In this document: piece after piece, positions 60,183-64,000 of the stretch
Numbering within the stretch: position 1 is the first letter of the stretch
Layout of the letters: the number at the start of each line of letters is the position of its first letter
Assembly: GCA_042568575.1 (NCBI GenBank)
Contig: JBHPIO010000004.1
Location: forward strand, 26,522 to 90,521
Length of the DNA: 64,000 bases
DNA from: Patescibacteria group bacterium
GTDB lineage: Bacteria > Patescibacteriota > Gracilibacteria > UBA1369 > PNNO01
Reading direction: 5' to 3'
The notes under the pieces: generated by a model
Databases searched by the model: none
What the model saw: only the letters and a program-made list of their open reading frames with translations
What the model was told of the DNA's origin: nothing
Program-made: the position numbers and the translations under genes

Positions 60183-60211
60183 ATTATGCTCCAAATATCT
60201 TGTTTTGTAAA
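60183..60211 (-). promoter_or_regulatory. sigma70 promoter of unit C
   Basis: TTTACA-17 bp-CATAAT. Confidence 0.55.
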
Positions 60212-60293
60212 TTGAAACGTTGCGCGAAATCCTCTTGCTGAAAAAGAAGAACTTATGTCTAATGGAAAAGGACATTAATCAAGCTAATTAGAC

Positions 60294-60752
60294 ATGGCAG
60301 TCACTTCTCTCACAAAGAACAAAAAGGCCTTCGCAGACTATGAAATTCTTGAGACTTTTGAGGCGGGAATTCAGCTTCTTGGTCCCGAGGTTAAATCAAT
60401 TAGGGCCCGAAACATAAACCTTAAGGGTAGCTTTGTTGATATAGATAGCCAGGGTGAAGTTTGGGCAAATGAAATCCATATCTCTCCTTACAAATTTGCC
60501 CGTGATCAAAATCTAGCTCCAACACGAAAGCGCAAACTGCTTCTTCGTCAAAAAGAAATCGACAAAATTTTGAAGGTTCTTAATGAGCAGGGAGTTACGT
60601 GTGTTCCGCTAGAGGTATATTTGAAAGGTGGTCTTATCAAAATGAAAATAGGCCTTGTAAAAGGGAAAAAGAAATATGACAGACGTGCTGAGCTCAAGAA
60701 AAGATCGCAAAATCTTGAGGTTGCAAGAGCGCTTAAAAAACGCGTACAATAA
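60294..60752 (+). CDS. smpB: SsrA-binding protein
   Basis: NKKAFADY, EAGIQLLGPEVKSIR, RKRKLLL, KGKKKYDRR. Confidence 0.97.
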   Translation: MAVTSLTKNKKAFADYEILETFEAGIQLLGPEVKSIRARNINLKGSFVDIDSQGEVWANEIHISPYKFARDQNLAPTRKRKLLLRQKEIDKILKVLNEQGVTCVPLEVYLKGGLIKMKIGLVKGKKKYDRRAELKKRSQNLEVARALKKRVQ

Positions 60753-60773
60753 GTCGCGCAATAACTTACTTAA

Positions 60774-61526
60774 ATGGGTAACGCAGCTATCTACAAAAAA
60801 CTTACGGACGGATTAACTGAATACTCAAATCAGTGTGGAATTAAAAAAGGAGTTTTGGGATTAAGTGGTGGACTTGATTCTGCTACGACTTTAAAAGTTG
60901 CCGTGGATGCACTTGGCGCTGAAAATGTTGCGGCAATTATCATGCCGGAAACTGGATTAACCAAAGCTGAAAATACGGCTCATGCAAAAGGTCTTTGCGA
61001 ATTTTTAAAAGTAGAATATCACCTCCTTCCTATAAATCCTTTCGTACTTAACTATGCTTCACTTCCATGGAAGCAGAACGAAATTGCTTTCATAAACAAC
61101 AAGCCGCGAGTGCGCGCAACTGCTCTATATAATTATGCAAACACTTTTAGTGCACTTGTTCTGGGCACTTCTAATAAGAGCGAACTCCTTCTTGGTTATG
61201 GGACAAAGTATGGTGACCTGGCTTCAGACATAATGGTGATTGGCGATCTTTACAAAAGTGAAATATTTGAACTTGCGGAATACCTTGGGCTTCCTCAAGA
61301 ACTTATCGACAAAGAGCCGAGCGCCGAACTTTTCGAGGGTCAGACAGATGAACAAGAACTCGGTGGTACATACAAAGATATCGACACGATTTTAAAGCAG
61401 CGTGATGTTGGCGAAGAAACTTTAATTGAAAAAGGTATGAATCCGATGCTTGTGCGCAGCCTTTTCCAGCGTATGCGGGCAAACCAGCATAAATTAGAAA
61501 CACCACCAATTATTCAAGTAACTTAA
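60774..61526 (+). CDS. nadE: NH3-dependent NAD+ synthetase
   Basis: GLSGGLDS, GTSNKSE...GY.TKYGD, PSAEL..GQTDE; no glutaminase domain. Confidence 0.95.
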   Translation: MGNAAIYKKLTDGLTEYSNQCGIKKGVLGLSGGLDSATTLKVAVDALGAENVAAIIMPETGLTKAENTAHAKGLCEFLKVEYHLLPINPFVLNYASLPWKQNEIAFINNKPRVRATALYNYANTFSALVLGTSNKSELLLGYGTKYGDLASDIMVIGDLYKSEIFELAEYLGLPQELIDKEPSAELFEGQTDEQELGGTYKDIDTILKQRDVGEETLIEKGMNPMLVRSLFQRMRANQHKLETPPIIQVT

Positions 61527-61532
61527 TTTCAA

Positions 61533-62039
61533 ATGAAACAAGCGCTTTTTGTAGGACGATTCCAACCATTTCATCTTGGACATTTGTCGGTGATAAAAAA
61601 CATACTGCAAAGCGAAGATCGAGTGATCATAGTAACCGGAAGCGCCGAAGAAAACCACAAACCTGAAAATCCTTTCACGGCAGGTGAACGCTTCCAAATG
61701 ATAGAAACTGCTCTTCTCGCTGAAGGCATCAAGCACGATCAATTTACAATTATTCCGATTCGAAACGTCGAAAACTTTATCTTATGGACTGCTCATGTCG
61801 ACCAATATATTCCTCCAGTTTACAAAGTCTATACAGGCTCGCAAATCGTCAAAGAGCTGTACTTAAGTTACGGAAAATACGAAATCCAAGACATCGAAAT
61901 GGTTAGCGGAATTTCTGGCTCTCGTATCCGCGAAAAAATGCTCAAAAGCGATTCTTCCTGGGGAGAATGGGTACATCCAGAGGTCGTGAAGCTCATTAAA
62001 GAATGGAAAGGCGAGGAGCGCATGCAGATGGTTTCGTAG
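61533..62039 (+). CDS. Nicotinamide-nucleotide adenylyltransferase (NadM-type)
   Basis: GRFQPFHLGH, GSAE....NPFTAGER, ISGSRIR. Confidence 0.9.
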   Translation: MKQALFVGRFQPFHLGHLSVIKNILQSEDRVIIVTGSAEENHKPENPFTAGERFQMIETALLAEGIKHDQFTIIPIRNVENFILWTAHVDQYIPPVYKVYTGSQIVKELYLSYGKYEIQDIEMVSGISGSRIREKMLKSDSSWGEWVHPEVVKLIKEWKGEERMQMVS

Positions 62040-62135
62040 GGTTACTCGGTAACCATTGTCGGCGCAACCGCTTCCTGCTACAATAGTGCCACTTTCGGAA
62101 AGCAAAGTTATTTTTGATCTGTAATATTAAATAGT

Positions 62136-63539
62136 ATGACTGTTAATCCTCTTATTTTTCGCGCGTATGATATTCGTGGAATCGCGCAGGCAACTGAAAA
62201 GTTCCCAAACGTTGACCTTACTCCTGAAACTGTAAAGTTGATTGGAAAAGGAACCGGGACTTATCTTCAAAAAATCTCTGGCCCAAATGTTGTTGTTGGG
62301 CGAGATAACCGGCTTCACTCTCCAGACTTGCAAAAAGCTTTTATTGAAGGGCTTGTTGAGACAGGATGCAATGTGACTAATATTGGCATTTCGCCATCAC
62401 CGATGGTTTACTACGCGGTTTGTAAGTATGGATTCGATGGTGGAATTAATATCACGGCTAGTCACAACCCAAAGGAATATAATGGAATTAAAATAGTTGC
62501 AAAAAATGCTCACAGCATTTGTGGAGATGAACTTCAAGAAATCCTAAAGCTTATTCAGAATAATGAGTTTAAAGAAGGCGAAGGAAGCTATGAGGATAAA
62601 GAAGTTTTTGAAGATTATAAAAATGACATCGCAGCTCTTGTAACTTTGCCGAAACCTTTAAAGGTAGTTGTTGATGCGGGAAATGGGACGGCTGGAGAGT
62701 ATGCGCCCGACCTTTTACGGACACTTGGGTGTGAAGTTGTTGAGCTTTATTGTGAGCTTGATGGCAATTTCCCGAATCACGAAGCAAACCCAGAAGAGCT
62801 TGAAAACATGCTCGACTTAATTGAAAAAGTTAAAGAAACAAATGCGGATATTGGAATTGGTTTTGATGGAGATAGTGATCGTGTAGGAATTGTGGATGAA
62901 ACTGGCCACCATTATTCGGCTGATTACTTATTACTCCTGCTCGCTCGCGACCTTCTCTCGCGCATGCCAGGATCAAAAATCGTATTCGACGTAAAAGTCA
63001 CACAAACCCTAATCGCAGACATCAAAAAGCACGGCGGCGAGCCAGTAATGTCCAAAACCGGTCACTCATTCATCGAGTCAAAAATGAAAGAAATCGGCGC
63101 TCCGCTCGCAGGTGAAGTGAGTGGGCATCTCTTCTTCGCAGAAAATTACTATGGCTTTGATGATGCATTCCTAGGTGCTGCAAAGCTTCTTGAGATCCTT
63201 TCAAAATCAGACAAACCTTTCTCAAAACTTTTCGATGACGTACCGCACACATTCACAACTCCAGAATTCAAGGCACATTGCCCTGATAACAAAAAATTCG
63301 AAATCGTAGACAAACTCAGCAAACATTTTACCGAAAACTACGATTGCCTAGCCATCGATGGAGTGCGAATAAACTTTAGTCCATCAGCATGGGGAGCTGT
63401 TAGGTGCTCAAATACGAGCCCAAATTTAACACTCCGGTTCGAAGCAGAATCAGAAGAAAAGCTGAAAGAAATTCAGGCAATTATGGTTGAACAACTTAAA
63501 CAATATCCAGAAGTTAGTCTGGATTGGTATAAATATTAA
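62136..63539 (+). CDS. Phosphomannomutase/phosphoglucomutase
   Basis: FRAYDIRG, TASHNP, FDGDSDR, GEVSGH, R.SNT.P. Confidence 0.95.
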   Translation: MTVNPLIFRAYDIRGIAQATEKFPNVDLTPETVKLIGKGTGTYLQKISGPNVVVGRDNRLHSPDLQKAFIEGLVETGCNVTNIGISPSPMVYYAVCKYGFDGGINITASHNPKEYNGIKIVAKNAHSICGDELQEILKLIQNNEFKEGEGSYEDKEVFEDYKNDIAALVTLPKPLKVVVDAGNGTAGEYAPDLLRTLGCEVVELYCELDGNFPNHEANPEELENMLDLIEKVKETNADIGIGFDGDSDRVGIVDETGHHYSADYLLLLLARDLLSRMPGSKIVFDVKVTQTLIADIKKHGGEPVMSKTGHSFIESKMKEIGAPLAGEVSGHLFFAENYYGFDDAFLGAAKLLEILSKSDKPFSKLFDDVPHTFTTPEFKAHCPDNKKFEIVDKLSKHFTENYDCLAIDGVRINFSPSAWGAVRCSNTSPNLTLRFEAESEEKLKEIQAIMVEQLKQYPEVSLDWYKY

Positions 63540-63546
63540 ACGATAT

Positions 63547-64000
63547 ATGCAAGAGGCATCAGCCGACAAATGGTATGCTAAAATTGGCAACGCACTCGAA
63601 ATAGAAAACCCGCGCGCGCGCAGATTCTATAGAGCTATGGAAATGCTCCCGGGCATTCTTTCGTGGGGAACTATTTTTGGAATGCTCATACTTTCGTATT
63701 ACGTTCCGGTTTTTATAGCAATTTTCATTATCATTTTTGATGTTTATTGGTTTTCTAAAAGTGTGCTTTTCTCTATCCATCTTATTTCGAGTTATCGGGA
63801 GATAAAAAAGAGAATCCGCAAAAACTGGCTTAAAAAAGTCGAAAAGAAGTACGGCGATGTCTACAAAGAATACAGGCACCTTATCATTTTGCCGACTTTC
63901 AACGAGCCATACGAACTAATTCAAAAAACTTTTGAAGCAATCGTGAAATCAAATTATCCACTAGACACATTTATAGTAGCACTTGCAACTGAGGAGGCGG
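63547..64000 (+). CDS. Membrane glycosyltransferase family 2 (partial, runs off the window)
   Basis: Open frame MQEAS...EMLPGILSW..TM..DVYW...HLIILPTFNEPYE....SNYP; absent from the ORF track because it is truncated. Confidence 0.75.
   Translation, partial: MQEASADKWYAKIGNALEIENPRARRFYRAMEMLPGILSWGTIFGMLILSYYVPVFIAIFIIIFDVYWFSKSVLFSIHLISSYREIKKRIRKNWLKKVEKKYGDVYKEYRHLIILPTFNEPYELIQKTFEAIVKSNYPLDTFIVALATEEA

Noticed and set aside
62930-63360. Shift to C/A-ending codons inside the PMM/PGM gene
   Set aside because: The frame and motifs are continuous; without relatives, recombination cannot be told from local compositional noise.
1-64000. CRISPR array, cas genes, reverse transcriptase, intact integrase or transposase
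   Set aside because: No regularly spaced repeats and no ORF with such motifs were seen.

Overview
AT-rich bacterial chromosome segment using the standard code (TGA stops mfd and holB). Gene content and the lack of Shine-Dalgarno (SD) sites before the housekeeping genes I checked point to a Patescibacteria/CPR organism, probably Peregrinibacteria-like; this is an inference. Housekeeping genes: trxB, dxr, ispG, infC-rpmI-rplT, murF, holB, ricT, rny, mfd, dnaN, smpB, nadE, an NMN adenylyltransferase and a PMM/PGM. RNA genes: tmRNA, tRNA-Ser(GGA) and a compact 6S RNA candidate. Two candidate systems stand out. (1) A 26-kb minus-strand locus (30460-56313) reads like an usher-less donor-strand fibre. 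It encodes two giant tip proteins (one with an M4/M36-like protease), three membrane-anchored DUF916/PapD-like chaperones (one fused to its pilin by an internal signal peptide), and a separately transcribed major pilin. It also encodes an adaptor that copies the pilin's N-terminal strand GDVPVSVTV and ends in a dockerin, plus a membrane-anchored cohesin protein. Gene order matches the predicted tip-to-base order. (2) Four GC-richer transcription units flank ssrA and smpB. Each has a near-consensus sigma70 promoter, a strong SD, and 5' and 3' UTRs that base-pair to enclose the ORF. One encodes a Cys-rich surface protein with a Myxococcota-type MYXO-CTERM sorting signal. All family calls are by motif recognition only; no searches or folding programs were run.
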